Below, one piece after another: positions 37,830-52,154 of a stretch of DNA of 64,000 nucleotides. The stretch is from Octopus vulgaris (lineage: Eukaryota): NCBI GenBank assembly GCA_951406725.2, contig OX597823.1, positions 33,480,001 to 33,544,000 of the forward strand. Reading direction: 5' to 3'. The notes under the pieces are model-generated. The model ran no database searches and was not told where the DNA came from. It worked only from the letters and a program-made list of their open reading frames with translations. A program made the translations under genes and the position numbers. Every line of letters begins with the position of its first letter. The stretch's first letter is position 1.

Positions 37830-38068
37830 CGGGAAGCTTTATGAAAATAGGCAAAAGACGAAGGCAGGTTTACGGAAATAAACAAAAGACGAAGGCAGGT
37901 GGAATACAAACAAACAATTGTATTAGTATGGCGCTCAGGAAATATAAATAAAACAAGTCTTTAACGTTTCGAGCCTACGCTCTTCAACAGAAAGATACAC
38001 AGAGAAAAAACACAGAAAGAAGGAGAGAAATAAAATCCGTGCAGAGGCTAGCGATTCAACATGGCGAT
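37830..38068 (-). mobile_element. Solo Penelope-like pLTR fragment with variant hammerhead motif (37958-37995)
   Basis: Homologous to 41310-41496; minus strand reads tcttt-CTGTTGA-A-GAGC-gtag-GCTC-GAAA-CG-TT-aaaga. Confidence 0.75.
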
Positions 38069-38071
38069 CTG

Positions 38072-38812
38072 ATCTTGTGTTTATTATAGCATAAAAACAA
38101 AGCGATCAGCCAAACTATTTTCAGTGTGTGTCAGAAATCCATAAGTAACTAAATATTACACTTTCACTGAACTCATAGATATGTCATATAAAGTCACTAT
38201 TACAAAGCGCTGACGTTAATCAGATTGAACGATTTACACACGTAGTGCATTCATGGCGTATGCCTGCTTATGCCATGTGACATCCGTTTGGTATGTCTCA
38301 CATACTATTTTTTAAAAATCTTAGACGTGTAACTTGGGATGCGACTTAGGTAATTTACGTTAATTTCTTTTAGTGTAATCTTTCATCATAAAAGAGAAGC
38401 GGATCTCCATCTGACTGTCGGTCACAAGATCTATTAGAGTGATGGAAAGAAGGGGGGATACAAAAAATACGTCACAATGTATTTTTTAGAAGAAATCTGA
38501 TGCGAGGGAAGTACAGTAAGAGAGTGTGTATATGTGAAAGATAGATAGATATATAGATAGTGTTGTCTCCATAGTAACTAACAAGTTTTGGGTAAAAATG
38601 CGGGAACTTTAAGTACAAGTCTGCCAACACAACGCAACACAGCTACAAAAGAAAAAGATTTTCATATAATAATATATATAATTACTTTTTTATTTGTTTA
38701 TTTGTGTGTGTGTGTGTGCACGCGTGCGTGAGTGAATGTTTCTGTATGTCTTTCAACATAGAGACAACGTAACACCTACTTCAGAATAATACTTTCACTA
38801 TAATGACAGGTT

Positions 38813-38866
<54 letters not shown>

Positions 38867-38997
38867 AATATATTGTTGTCACCATAATAACTAAAGAAAC
38901 TTTCACTATATAACAGTCTACTATCAAAAGAGGGTACATACATGATTAAAGATTAACAAATATTCTTACCGGCCGCGTAGCGACGGATAGGACCTAG
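38072..38997 (+). mobile_element. Probable non-autonomous Helitron (5' end uncertain)
   Basis: 3' hairpin ccggccgcgtagcgacgg followed by ..gacCTAG|T. Confidence 0.5.
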
Positions 38998-39154
38998 TTT
39001 TGTATAAATATTTGTCCATAAGAATTCGTTTCACGCATTATAATCTTTTGTTACGATGAAAGGGTTCATACCAATCCATCCATTCATCCATCCATCCAGA
39101 TAGGTAGATAGATACGTACAAACATGCATACATACACCCACACACATCCAATAT

Positions 39155-41496
39155 CCTCGCACCCCCACCATTTACTTCCTCCTCAAAATCCACAAACCTA
39201 ACAACCCTGTCCGCCCATCGTCTCCGCCTGCAACTGCCCCACCGAACTCATCTCCAGATATCGTGACCGTGTCCTTGCCCCCCCTAGTGGCTTCCCCCTC
39301 TCACATCCATGACACCAACCACGCGCTTCGTTTGTTCAACTCTTTCTCCTTCCCTCCTGGTCCCTCTAAACTTCTCTTCACTCTCGACATCCAGTGCATG
39401 CACTCCAACATTTCCTTGACCTTCTACCCAACCCCCAACCCGACACATCCACACTCGTTCGTCTGGCTGAACTTGTCCTCTCACTCAACTGCTTCTCGTT
39501 CGCTGGTGATTTTCTACCAGCAGATCTCGGGAGTGGCCATAGGAACGAGAATGGGCCCCAACTATGCGAACCTGTTCGTTGGCTACGTTGAGGCCCAAAT
39601 ATTCTCAAGTTTCACTGGTTCCACTCCCGAACTATACGGCCATTATATTGACGACTGTATCGGTGCGACCTCACTCTCCCGCGAACATCTAGACTCCTTC
39701 CTCTCTTTTGTCAAATCTTTCTACCCTACCCTCCACTTCTGTACTATCTTTGATACCTCTGTCTCCTTTCTTGACATTTCGGTCAGTATTCATCACTCCA
39801 CTCTCACCACCTCCATCCACTACAAGCACACAGACTCACACTCATAACTCAACTTCTCCTCCTCCCACCTTAAACACACCAAGCTCTTTATCGCCTATTC
39901 CCAATTCCTCTCTCTACGCTGGCTCTGTAGTGACGACCATGACTTTGAGAGTCAGTCTCAACTCATGGCTCTCCACTTCTTCGTGCGTGGATATCCCCAC
40001 ACCACTATCCACACCGTCCTTGCCAGAGCACGTTCTGTGCACCGTGCATCTGCTCTCTCCCCCCGAACCCACCTTGCCGTCTCCCGCCTACCATTTTCCC
40101 TCACCTACCACCCCACTACCCTACCTCTCCAATGCACCATTCTCCGAGCTTTCCGGCGACTCAAGTCCGACCCCTCCACTTCGCACATCTTCCCTAACCG
40201 ACGCCTCCCCTCTTTCAAACGAGCCCACAACCTACGAGACCTCTTGGTCCACAGCTTCTTCCCTAACCCAACTTCCCAACTCGGCTCGTTCCTCTGCTCC
40301 CGCCCACGCTGCGGCACTTGCCCTTACCTCTCCAACACCACCCTCCTCACCAGCACCCATCATCGACCCTATCACATCACCGACTCCTTCACCTACACTT
40401 CTACCAATGTCATCTACTGCATCTCCTGCTCTCTTTGCCCTTCTCTATACATCGGGCAAACGGGATGCCGCTTTGCTGACCGGTTCGCGGAACACCTTCG
40501 AGACATCCGACTCGGCAATGACACCCCGGTCTCGCGCCATTTCCGCTCTACAGGTCACCCTTTGCAATACCTGTCCGTCTTCGGATTGTCCTTGCACAGG
40601 GGCCATCCGGATTCCCGTTTACGCCGTGAACAGAAATTAATCTTCTCTCTTCGCTCCTTTGCGCCACATGGGCTCAACTCTCCTCCCCTCTTCATCTAAC
40701 CTCCTACACTCGCCTCTTTCCCTCTCATACCTACTTCCTCCCACCCACCTCTCCTCTCTTGCTCCGACTCCTACTTCTTCTCTTCACTCCTACTCTCTTC
40801 TCTTCTCTTCACTCCTAGCCACCTTCTCCTATCCCCTCCATCGTCACCCCTCCCTCGTAACCCCACACCACCCCTACACATTCCAACCCCACCTTCCCTC
40901 TCTTTCCCATCCCATCCCTTATACCCACTCCCACATACCCCACCTCTACCCCACTCTCTACCTACCCACATACCCCATCCCTACCCACCCCTACCCCACC
41001 CTCAGCCTAACCCACACCCCACACTTGCTTTCCCCACCTCCCAACACCATCACACCACACCACACCCCACTACACCATACACCACATCACATCACACCAC
41101 CACGCTCACACAAGCACTGACCACTTCCCAGCCTCACATTTTCACACCTACACATACACTCACGCCCACGTCATGGTCACCATCCCTCTTCCACACGCAC
41201 ATACATACTCTCTTATACACACACACGCGCACCTTCGTTTTGGGATCACCACTACCTTATTATCACCCCTTCATCCTAGCTTTCCTATGTGACCCTTCTG
41301 TCCGGCATTCGCCATGATAGATCGCTAGCCACTACATATTCTTCATTTTCTCTCGTTGTTTCTTTCTGTGCTCCTGTCTGTGGAAGAGGGTAGGCTCGAA
41401 ACGTTAAAGACTTTTCAATTCCCGAGCGTTAAACTTATACATCTGTTTGTTGTCTACACCACCCGTCTTCGTCTTTTGTCTTTTGTGAATTCTCCC
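39155..41496 (+). mobile_element. Penelope-like element (GIY-YIG; Cys linker suggests Neptune group), 5'-truncated and frameshifted, with 3' pLTR
   Basis: RT motifs YFLLKIHK-NNP-RPIVS, LFTLDI, YQQISGVAIGTRMGPNYANLF, YIDD, FLDI; ORF 39965-40699 has CSRPRCGTC, NVIYCISC..LYIGQTG, RFAEH, RREQKLI, PHGLN; C/T-rich 3' region; hammerhead-like motif at 41373-41411. Confidence 0.92.
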
Positions 41497-41569
41497 ATAT
41501 ATATATATATATACCTATTCTCTTACAATTAGAACATTCAAAGATTGCCCTTTCTATATTTTCTAATTT

Positions 41570-42400
41570 TCATTTATTCCGTAAATTCTGATGGTTTTCC
41601 TTTGTAAAATGTCTGTTTATATTGTCAAAAGCCCTTTGGAAACCGTGAAAATTAATAGCCGCCATTAATTTGTATTCGATGGTGTTTCCAATTCTTCATT
41701 GCATCACAAAAATGACATCAGTGCAGTCAGTGCATGATCTCCTAACATGAAATCCAGATTTATGGTCTCTTAAAATTGTGTAAAATATCTCCCTCATCCT
41801 GTTTAACGCAATCACTGAAAGTAGTTTGTTAGTCACATGCAGATAGATTTCTATCCATCTTAAATAAACACTCACCTTTCCTTGGCATTTTCACAATATC
41901 AGCTTTTCCCTACTCTTCTCGTATTTTTTCATCACGCAAGATTATGTTACGTAGATTAATTAACGCTGTCTCCATGGCTTCCCGTCCACATTTAACACAC
42001 TCACAAAGGATTCCATTTATACCTGCAGCTTCGTCAATTTTCTGATTGCAAAGCTTTCCGTACTTCCACTCATATAATTTCAACATACACATCGGTCGTT
42101 TATATAATCAGTCACATGTAAAAGCTCACAATGTTCACAATGATTTAGTACTTATTTGAACGGGTGCAAATATCTCATGCTTTTGACCTCTCCTGTCTTT
42201 AGACAATCCCCATTATTACTCTTTAGAGGCACCCTTACATGTTGCTCAACATCCTGGCACTTGCCTGTGCACTGAATATACGGTTCTTGGATAATATCTA
42301 GGAACAGAAGTCTCTTTGAGAGGGGACAAAACACATATGTGGTTACAACTCCAGAGAAGTTGACTCGAATAGCCTGAAATCAGAATTCCTCTGTTGTTAC
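41570..42400 (-). mobile_element. Decayed RTE-clade LINE RT fragment
   Basis: AAGINGILCECVKCG..DIVKMPRKG..KLLSVIALNRM..SGFHVRRSCTD..F-KGF remnants. Confidence 0.65.
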
Positions 42401-42802
42401 AACTACATCTATATTTTCCCGCGCTCTCATACATACGTACGCACACGCATATTTATATACATACATATATATACACGCGCATGTATATATAATTATGTAC
42501 ATGCATATATATATATATATATTTATACACATACCCATACATAAACCTACTATAAGTATGTATATGTATGCTTACATATGTACATATATGTGTGTGTGTG
42601 TGCTCATATATATGCATATACATAAATTTATACACATAGAAGCACATATCTATCAACAAATGCATACGCACATCTACATAACTACATAACTGTATACACT
42701 CGCATCAGATCAACGGTCAGTTTAAAATGTAACGTTTACATGAAAAAACTTTTACACTTAGCGTTGACTTCTTTCTGCGATATGAAAAGGAACTAGAGGA
42801 AC

Positions 42803-42854
<52 letters not shown>

Positions 42855-43037
42855 GAGGTAGATGTGCATTACGCCGATACATATATGCAGACAATATAGA
42901 TAAGCATATAATCATGGATCTATCTATCACGCACACATATATACAACACACACACATATACATAACTACATATTGTACTTCGGAATGGTTCTTTCATTTA
43001 TTATTGCTATTGTCTTTTGCCAAATAAACACACGCAC

Positions 43038-43109
<72 letters not shown>

Positions 43110-43810
43110 CTGTTATTTTATTACTTTTATTATTTTGACGTCTGTCCATTGTCCGGAAATCTTTCGTCACACATCTGTGACCTCTTTAGCGACACTTTTC
43201 GTTTCAGTGTGTGTTCTTGCTCCACTCCATTCTGTTCTTCTAAGATATGATCCTTATGTGTGCATGTGTTTGTGTCCTTGTTTGTGTGTGTGTATGTTTG
43301 TGTGTGTGTATGTTTGTGTGTTTGTTTGTATGTGTATATGTATGCTTGCGTGTGTGTCATAGTTTTCAGCAGCAGTGTGACCGAGAAAAAACAGGGGGAA
43401 GGTACAGTTCTTGTACTCCTCTGAGTATGTGTATTCGTCCACGATGTTGCCATCGTGGTAGTTGTAATTGTTGTTGCTGTTGTTGTTATTGTCATCGTCG
43501 GCCACCGCTGCAACCCCGATGCGACCAAAATCCTGTATGTAAGTCTCTATAAATATACTCCTCTATTTCCAACGATTTTAAAGTCATTTTAGGTGGTTTG
43601 TCCACACAGAAACTCACACATACAAATATGTGTGTTTGTATATATATATATATATAAATTTTAATTTTAATTATTATATATATATATATAGATATATATA
43701 TTAATTATTATATATGTATATATAAATTATTAATTATAATAGGCGCAGGAGTGGCTGTGTAGTAAGCATTTCGTCCAGTGTTTTAACAATTCTGCCAGCT
43801 CACCACCTTC

Positions 43811-43866
<56 letters not shown>

Positions 43867-43889
43867 TATTATTATTATTATTATTATTG

Positions 43890-44787
43890 GAAGTAAGTAG
43901 GTTAGGCTTGTGTAGGATGGAACATTGCAAAAATAAAGCACTGTACAAGCACGTGGAAATGAATGAAACTGAAAATAGGTGGATAAAGAAAATAATGCAT
44001 GGACAATTTCATAGGGAAGTTGAAGATAAGACAGAGAGAGAAAAAGGAGGCCACGGATGACTAAAAGTGATTTAAAACCGGAAATGGAGGCTCTAATCCG
44101 TGCTACCCAAGAGCAAGCACTAAGAACGAATTACATCAAACACAGAATAGACAGCACATCAGAAAGTGGTAAGTGCAGAATCTGCGGACAAAATGCTACT
44201 CGCCCAGAAAGAAAATAAGAGACGTCACGACAATATAGCAAGGTTTGTTCATTGGACACTTTGCCACAAGTACGGACTTGACAGAGCAAAAAAGTAGTAC
44301 GAACATAAACATGAAGGCATCATCGAAAATAATAATGCAAAAAATCCTATAGGATTTTATGATTTAGTGCGGTCATGAGATAGAAAATAGGAAGCCTGAC
44401 ATAGTGTTAACTGAGAAAGAAAGCAAACTATGCTGGATCATAGATATAGCATGCCCAGCTGACAACAGGGTATGCGATAAGGAAGAAAGAAAAATTTGAT
44501 AGATATAACAGGTTAGTATGGGAGGTTAAGCAGCTGTGGTCGCCGAAAATGGTGGTAGTAATATTAACAATCGTCGCAGTCCTGGGAACAGTGAGTAAAA
44601 ATCTTGAGAAGTACATAGAGCAAATAGGGTCTGCAATAAGGGTGGAGCACTTGCAGAAAACAGCACTGCTTGGAACCGCTCGAATACTCCGGAAGGTGCT
44701 CGAAAAATAAGGGGTGTTACCTTAGTTCACTGGTAGTGAACAGCTGACACCGTAGTGTATCTCCAGCGTTAGAAGCTGTGCAAAGGC

Positions 44788-44790
<3 letters not shown>
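43890..44790 (+). mobile_element. Third R4/Dong-like RLE-LINE 3' fragment between (AAT)n tracts
   Basis: MHGQF, LKPEMEALIRATQEQALRTNYIK, KCRICGQ, RRHDNIARFVHWTLC, NRKPDIVL, IIDIACPAD, LQKTALLGTARILRKVL; tail ..gcaaaggc(AAT)n. Confidence 0.88.
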
Positions 44791-44852
<62 letters not shown>

Positions 44853-45723
44853 TGATGATGAATTTTATTTTGGCCGAGTTACCCTGAGTTTCATTTTCGG
44901 GAAAGTTATGACTGAATGATGAAATTTGCGCATCTGTGTATAGGATTTTTGTCATAGGGTATGATAGTGGAGAAAAAAAAATGCTAATTGGGGTCGGATG
45001 GGGGGGGGGGGGGGGAAGAAAATAAAGAGGTAGGAAAAGGAAAGTAAAAGAAAAGAAAGAGAAGAAAAGGGAACAAACGCAAAGATAAAAAGCAAGTAAG
45101 GGGAGATTGAGGTCGTATTTTGATGGGAGAGAATGAAGTAGTGTTGGCGGGTATTAGTGTGGTGAAAGAATACAAAATTCAATAGAAAAATTGCGTATAG
45201 CCAAATGAATGAACATTGGAACAAGTGATACGCAAGGGTAGAAATGAATGATTAAATGAATAAATAAAATTAAAATGTCATGACAGCTGGAATGAATAAG
45301 GGATGTGATATTAATGAAAGTTGAATGATGAGTAAGGAGGAATCGTGGTGATAGTGATAATTCACAAAGAATAATGCAAAAATATTTAAGGAATAAATCA
45401 AGATTAAAAGTATTGAAAAAATATTGAAAAATACTGAAAAAACATGACAATTAAAATGGAAGGAAACGAAATTATAGCAACAGGAGCACTGTTTAAAACC
45501 ATTTGTCAATAGTTCAAAGAATAAGAATTTGAGTGAAAGTCATAATTAAAGTTAAATGGAATAAAGTAAATAAAATAAAGATAAAAATAAAAGTAAAAAT
45601 TAATTGGAGAAATTGGGAATATTGACGAGGACAGAAAGAAAATATATGGAAAAATATTGGGAAAAGTTATGGAAAAGATAAAAAGACGTGTTGAGAATGT
45701 TAAGATATTGAAAAATTATAAAG

Positions 45724-45789
<66 letters not shown>

Positions 45790-45794
<5 letters not shown>

Positions 45795-46075
45795 ATTTGG
45801 TTCAAATGTACAAAAAAACAAAAGACAGAGAGAGGTGAGGGAACAACAAATAAAGTGTACTAGTTTGACGCTTAGGAAAAATATAAAAGTCTTTGATGCT
45901 TCGAGCCTACGCTCTTCAAAAGAAAGGAATGAAGAAAGACAACGGAGAGAGAAAAAAGCGAAGAAAGGTATAAAAAAAAGGAAAAGCGCGTCTGGGTTGA
46001 CGATTTCATATACCAAAATGACCAGAGGAAGAGGTTGAATAGAAAGGGAAATAACAGTGATCTAGCTAAAGTGTG
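45790..46075 (-). mobile_element. Diverged Penelope-like pLTR fragment with decayed hammerhead motif (45889-45927)
   Basis: Minus strand TTGAAGAGCGTAGGCTCGAAGCATCAAAGAC..cctaagcgtcaaactagtacac, homologous to the other pLTRs. Confidence 0.65.
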
Positions 46076-46225
46076 CGCGTGCATGTGAAGATGATGTGCG
46101 TGACAGCATGTGTGTGTGTGTGGGGGGGGGGGGGCGAGTGCGTTTGTATGTCTGTGTGAGAAAGCAAAATATTATGTGAATCTGTGTGTGTAGATGTGTA
46201 TACACACATATATACATATGTATAC

Positions 46226-46263
<38 letters not shown>

Positions 46264-46368
46264 GCACACATATATATAAATCTATTCTTAAAGATCTACC
46301 TTTAAGCCTAAACTCAATCCCTAATAATAAAACGAATTTTAGTCTTTTATGGAATTTTATCCTTTTAC

Positions 46369-46645
46369 AGGCGCAGGTGTAACCTTGTCGTAAGAAGCTT
46401 GCTTCCCAACCACATGGTTCCGGATTCAGTCCCACTGCGTGGCTCCTTGGGTAAGTGTCTTCTACTATAGCCTCGGGCTCACCAAAGCCTTGTGAATGGA
46501 TCTGGTCAACGGAAACTGAAAGAAGCCCGTCGTATATATTATATACAAAGAATAAGTCCTGGGGTGATTTGTTCGACTAAATGCGGTGCTCCAGTATGGC
46601 CGCTGTCAAATGACTGAAACAAGTAAAAGAATAAAAGAATAGAAG
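46369..46645 (+). mobile_element. SINE family A with internal deletion
   Basis: Head, core and tail are recognisable. Confidence 0.85.
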
Positions 46646-46995
46646 AATATACTTTCATGTCATGTACATCTAATTTAGAGAAAGAAGTTAGGCGGTGCCC
46701 CAGCATGGCCTCAGCTCTGAGCTGAAACTACAAAAAAAAAAAAGAAAGAAAGAAAGAAAAGACAATCTCAGAAATGGAAAAGTTACTTTCGGTTTGTTAA
46801 TTTGAAAGGAAGAGCTTAAGGACTGTCAAAAATTTATAAAAAAAAATAGAATTTTGAAACGTGTTTCTAGTAATTACAAAAACATTTCCATAAAGAAGAG
46901 CAATTAATGTTGGGCACGTGGATTTAAATTGTACAGCTCTGCCAACATACATACATACATACATACATACATACATACATACATACATACATACA

Positions 46996-47596
<601 letters not shown>

Positions 47597-47823
47597 TGTA
47601 TGTATATTACTTCAAAAGTTCCCGCAAGCCCATATGTGAAAAAAAAAAAAATTTTACGGAAATCGACGGAAAGGTCTACTAGAGACGAAAGATCGCCTAA
47701 CATATTTACGAATGCACAGACACATTGACACATTGACACACAGACACATTGACACTCATACTCAACATACACCGAGCATAGAAACAGCCCCCTCCAACCC
47801 ATAAAACCACAAGAGCGATAACA

Positions 47824-48142
47824 TGGATGGAAGCACTCCGTCGGTTACGACGACGAGGATTCCGGTTGATCCGAATCAACGGAACAGCCTGCTCGTGAAA
47901 TTAACGTGTAAGTGGCTGAGCACTCCACAGACACATGTACCCTTTGAAATACAGGTACAACAGAAACAGGAAGTAAGAGTGAGAGAAAGTTGTGGTGAAA
48001 GAGTACTGCAGAGATCACCACCATCCCCTGCCGGAGCCTCATGGAACTTTTAGGTGTTTTCTATCAATAAACACTCACAACGCCCGGTCTGGGAATCGAA
48101 ACCGCGAGTCCGCTGCCCTAACCACTGGGCCATTGTGCCTCC
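47824..48142 (-). mobile_element. SINE family C (tRNA-derived head); second copy at 53706-54072
   Basis: Minus-strand head GGAGGCACAATGGCCCAGTGGTTAGGGCAGCGGACTCGCGGTTTCGATTCCC; shared body ..gttaatttcacgagcaggctgttccgttga..gtcgtcgtaaccgac. Confidence 0.85.
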
Positions 48143-48989
48143 ACATCATTACAAATATTTATAGCTTCATTATATGAACTGCTGAAAAAAATTATACGCC
48201 ATATTGGTTTGGTATATTACGTAGCGCGTATTATTACGTCACTGATATATGACGAAACGTTTCTATAAACATTTTAACATAGGCACAGAGCTACACGTTC
48301 AAGGAAAATGGTGTCTCGATACTGGGGTACACAACTGTTACTTTATTCTATCGACACTATGAATGAAAGGCATAGTTGATTGGTGGGATTTGAAGTAAGT
48401 TCCAGAGGGCACAACACCTCGCTATCCTCTCAGAAACAGTGGGCAGAGAAGATGGATGGACGACCGTTAAAACTCCGTTGATCATTTCTCAGTTGGAACA
48501 GAGTCGATCATGAATGAGTTAAGCAACAGTAACTTAGATAAGACACACAAACTAATTGCAGATATATTATTATGAACATAGAAAAAAACCAAAACTCGTG
48601 GTTTGTAACTACAGCAAAATATCAACGTCAGAGTAAATACAGAATGCTTGGAATAAGTATCTTTATTTTTCTATCGAATTTAACTTCCTTAACTTCTTTC
48701 ATTTTCAAATTTTCAAATGTACCAGCGTTCCTGTTGATTATGCTTTCGTTTTGATCACTGGCTCCCAACCAACTCTTGTGACCCTACATCGACGTGTTCT
48801 AAACTCTTTTCTGTTTTTCCTTCCAGAAATTCTACACTATTTCTTGTTACCCCTCTAACTCTGTGCCCTTAATATATATACATTCAGTCTTACAAGAAAA
48901 TATACTGTCTCTGTGTGTCTCTGTCTCCCTCTGATGACGGCTCCATCAGGAAGTTTAGAACTTTTCTCTTCTTTCAGTTACGTCATATA

Positions 48990-51900
48990 AATTCATCTAG
49001 AATTAGATACCATGTATACTCATCAATAATTTGATACCATGTATACTCATCTACATTCTGATACCAGGTATACTCATCTACAATCCCATACAAACTATAC
49101 TCATCTATAATCTGATACCAAGTGTACTCATCTACAATCTGATACCAAGTATACTCATCTAGAATTAGATACCAAGGATACTCATCAATAATTTGATACC
49201 ATGTATACTCATCTACATTCTGATACAAAGTATACTCATCTAGAATTAGATACCAAGGATACTCATCAATAATTTGATACCATGTATACTCATCTACATT
49301 CTGATACCAAGTATACTCATCTAGAATTAGATACCAAGGATACTCATCAATAATTTGATACCATGTATACTCATCTACATTCTGATACCAAGTATACCTA
49401 TCTACAATCACATACCATCTATACTCATCAATAATTTGATACCATGTATACTCATCTACATTCTGATACCAAGTATACTCATCTAGAATTAGATACCAAG
49501 GATACTCATCAATAATTTGATACCATGTATATTCACCTACATTCTGATATCAAGTATACTCATCAATAATTTGATACCATGTATACTCATCAACATTCTG
49601 ATACCAAGTATACTCATCTAGAATTAGATACCAAGTATACTCATCAATAATTTGATACCATGTATACTCATCTACATTCTGATACCAAGTATACTCATCT
49701 AGAATTAGATACCAAGTATACTCATCAATAATTTGATACCATGTATACTCATCTACATTCTGATACCAAGTATACTCATCTAGACTTAGATACAAAGGAT
49801 ACTCATCAATAATTTGATACCATGTATACTCATCTACATTCTGATACCAAGTATACTCATCTAGAATTAGATACCAAGTATACTNNNNNNNNNNNNNNNN
49901 NNNNNNNNNNNNNNNNNNNNNNNNNNNNNNNNNNNNNNNNNNNNNNNNNNNNNNNNNNNNNNNNNNNNNNNNNNNNNNNNNNNNAGTATACTCATCATTA
50001 ATTTGATACCATGTATACTCATCTACAATCTGATACCAAGAATGCTCATCTACAATCTCATACCAACTATACTCGTCTACAATCTAATACCAAGTATACT
50101 CATCTACAATCTGACACCAAGTATATTCATCTAGAATTTGATAACAAGTATACTCATCAATAATTTGATACCTTGTATACTCATCTACATTCTGATATCA
50201 AGTATACTCATCTACATTCTCATACGAACAATACTCATCTAGTATTTGATACCAAGTATACTCATCTACAATCTGATACCAAGTAAACTCATCTAGAATT
50301 TGATACAACATATACTCATCATTAATGTGATACCATGTATACTCATCTACATTCTGATACCATGTATACTCATCTAAAATCTCATACCAACTATACTCAT
50401 CTACAATCTGATACGAAGTATACTCATCTAGAATTTGATTCCAAGGATACTCATCTAGAAGTAGATACCAAGTATATTCATCAATAATTTGATACCATGT
50501 ATACTCATCTACATTCTGATACCAAGTATACTCATCTACAATCTCATGCGAACTATACTCATCTATAATCCGATACCAAGTATACTCATCTACAATATGA
50601 TACCAAGTATACTCATCTAGAAGTTGATACCACGTATACTCATCATTAATTTGATACCATGTATACTCATCTACATTCTGATACTAAGTATACTCATCTA
50701 CAATCTCATATCAACTATACTCATCTACAATCTGATACCAAGTATACTCATCTAGAATTAGATATCATGTATACTCATCAATAATTTGATACCATGTATA
50801 CTCATCTACATTCTGATGCCAAGTATACTCATCTACAATCTCATAAAAACTATACCCATCTAGAATCTGATAACAAGTATACTCATCTGCAATCTGATAC
50901 CAAGTATACTCATCTAGAATTGGATACCACGTATACTCATCATTAATTTGATACCATGTATGCTCATCTACATTCTGATACCAAGTATACTCATCTACAA
51001 TCTCATACCAACTATAATCATCTAGAATATGATACCAAGTATACTCATCTAGTATCTGATACCAAATATACTCATCTAGAATTTCATACTACGTATACTC
51101 ATCATTAATTTGATACCATGTATACTCATCTACATTCTGATACCAAGTATACTCATCTACAATCTCATACCAACTATACTCATCTAGAATTTAATACCAA
51201 GTATACTCATCTACATTCTGATACCAATTATATTCATCTATAAGCTCATACCAACTATACACATCTAGAATCTGATACCAAGTATACTCATCCACAATCT
51301 CATACCACCTATACTCATCTATAATCTGATACCAAGTATACTCATCTACAATATGACACTAAGTATACTCATCTAGAATTAGATACCAAGTATACTCATC
51401 AATAATTTGATACCATGTATACTCATCTATATTCTTATACGAAGTATACTCATCTACAATCTCATACCAACTATACTCATCTATAATCTGATACCAAGTA
51501 TACTCATCTACAATCTCATACCAAGTATACCCATCTAGAATTTGATATCACATATACTCATCATTAATGTGATACCATGTATACTCATCTACATTCTGAT
51601 ACCAAGTATACTCATCTATAATCTCATACCAACTATACTCATCTAGAATCTGTTACCAAGTATACTCATCTACAATCTTATACCAACTATACTCATCTAT
51701 AATCTGATACCAAGTATGCTCATCTAGAATTTGAAACCAAGTATACTCATCAATAATTTGATACCATGTATACCCATCTACATTCTGATACCAAATATAC
51801 TCATCTACAATCTCATACCAACTATACTCATCTAGAATGTGATACCAAGTATACTCATCTACAATCTCATACCAACTATACTCATCTAGAATCTGATACC

Positions 51901-52105
51901 AGCTATACTCATCTTCATTCTGATAGCAAGTATACTCATCTAGAATTTGATATGAAGTATACTCATCAATTATTTGATACCATATATACTCATCTACATT
52001 CTGATACCAAGTATACTCATCTAGAATTAGATACCACGCATACTCATCAATAATTTGATACCATGTATACTCATCTACATTCTGATACCAACTATACTCA
52101 TCAAT
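48990..52105. repeat. 27-bp satellite (consensus TGATACCAAGTATACTCATCTACAATC) with higher-order structure; interrupted by an assembly gap
   Basis: About 110 visible monomers with a near-constant GATACCAAGTATACTCATC core and a variable segment. Confidence 0.97.
49885..49984. other. Assembly gap (100 N)
   Basis: N run inside the satellite; true array length unknown. Confidence 1.
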
Positions 52106-52154
52106 AAAAAAACAAATTAAAACAATGAAGGATTTAGGAAAATGGCTTATTTTT

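Noticed and set aside
39708-41120. 310-aa and 153-aa Ser/Pro/Thr-rich ORFs
   Set aside because: Alternative frames of the C-rich Penelope element and its low-complexity 3' region.
43429-43446. Peptide IVDEYT in ORF 43254-43505 equals the satellite's minus-frame peptide, with differences only at third codon positions
   Set aside because: Only six residues; with many satellite rotations, variants and frames a chance match in 64 kb is plausible, and flanking residues do not match.
48930-48955. CTGATGA next to a small hairpin (possible hammerhead)
   Set aside because: No GAAA core or stems I/III; CTGATG simply pairs with the downstream CATCAG.
48990-52105. CRISPR-like appearance (constant core plus variable segment)
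   Set aside because: Variable parts are only ~9 nt and recur periodically, there are no unique spacers or cas genes, and the context is eukaryotic; this is a satellite.
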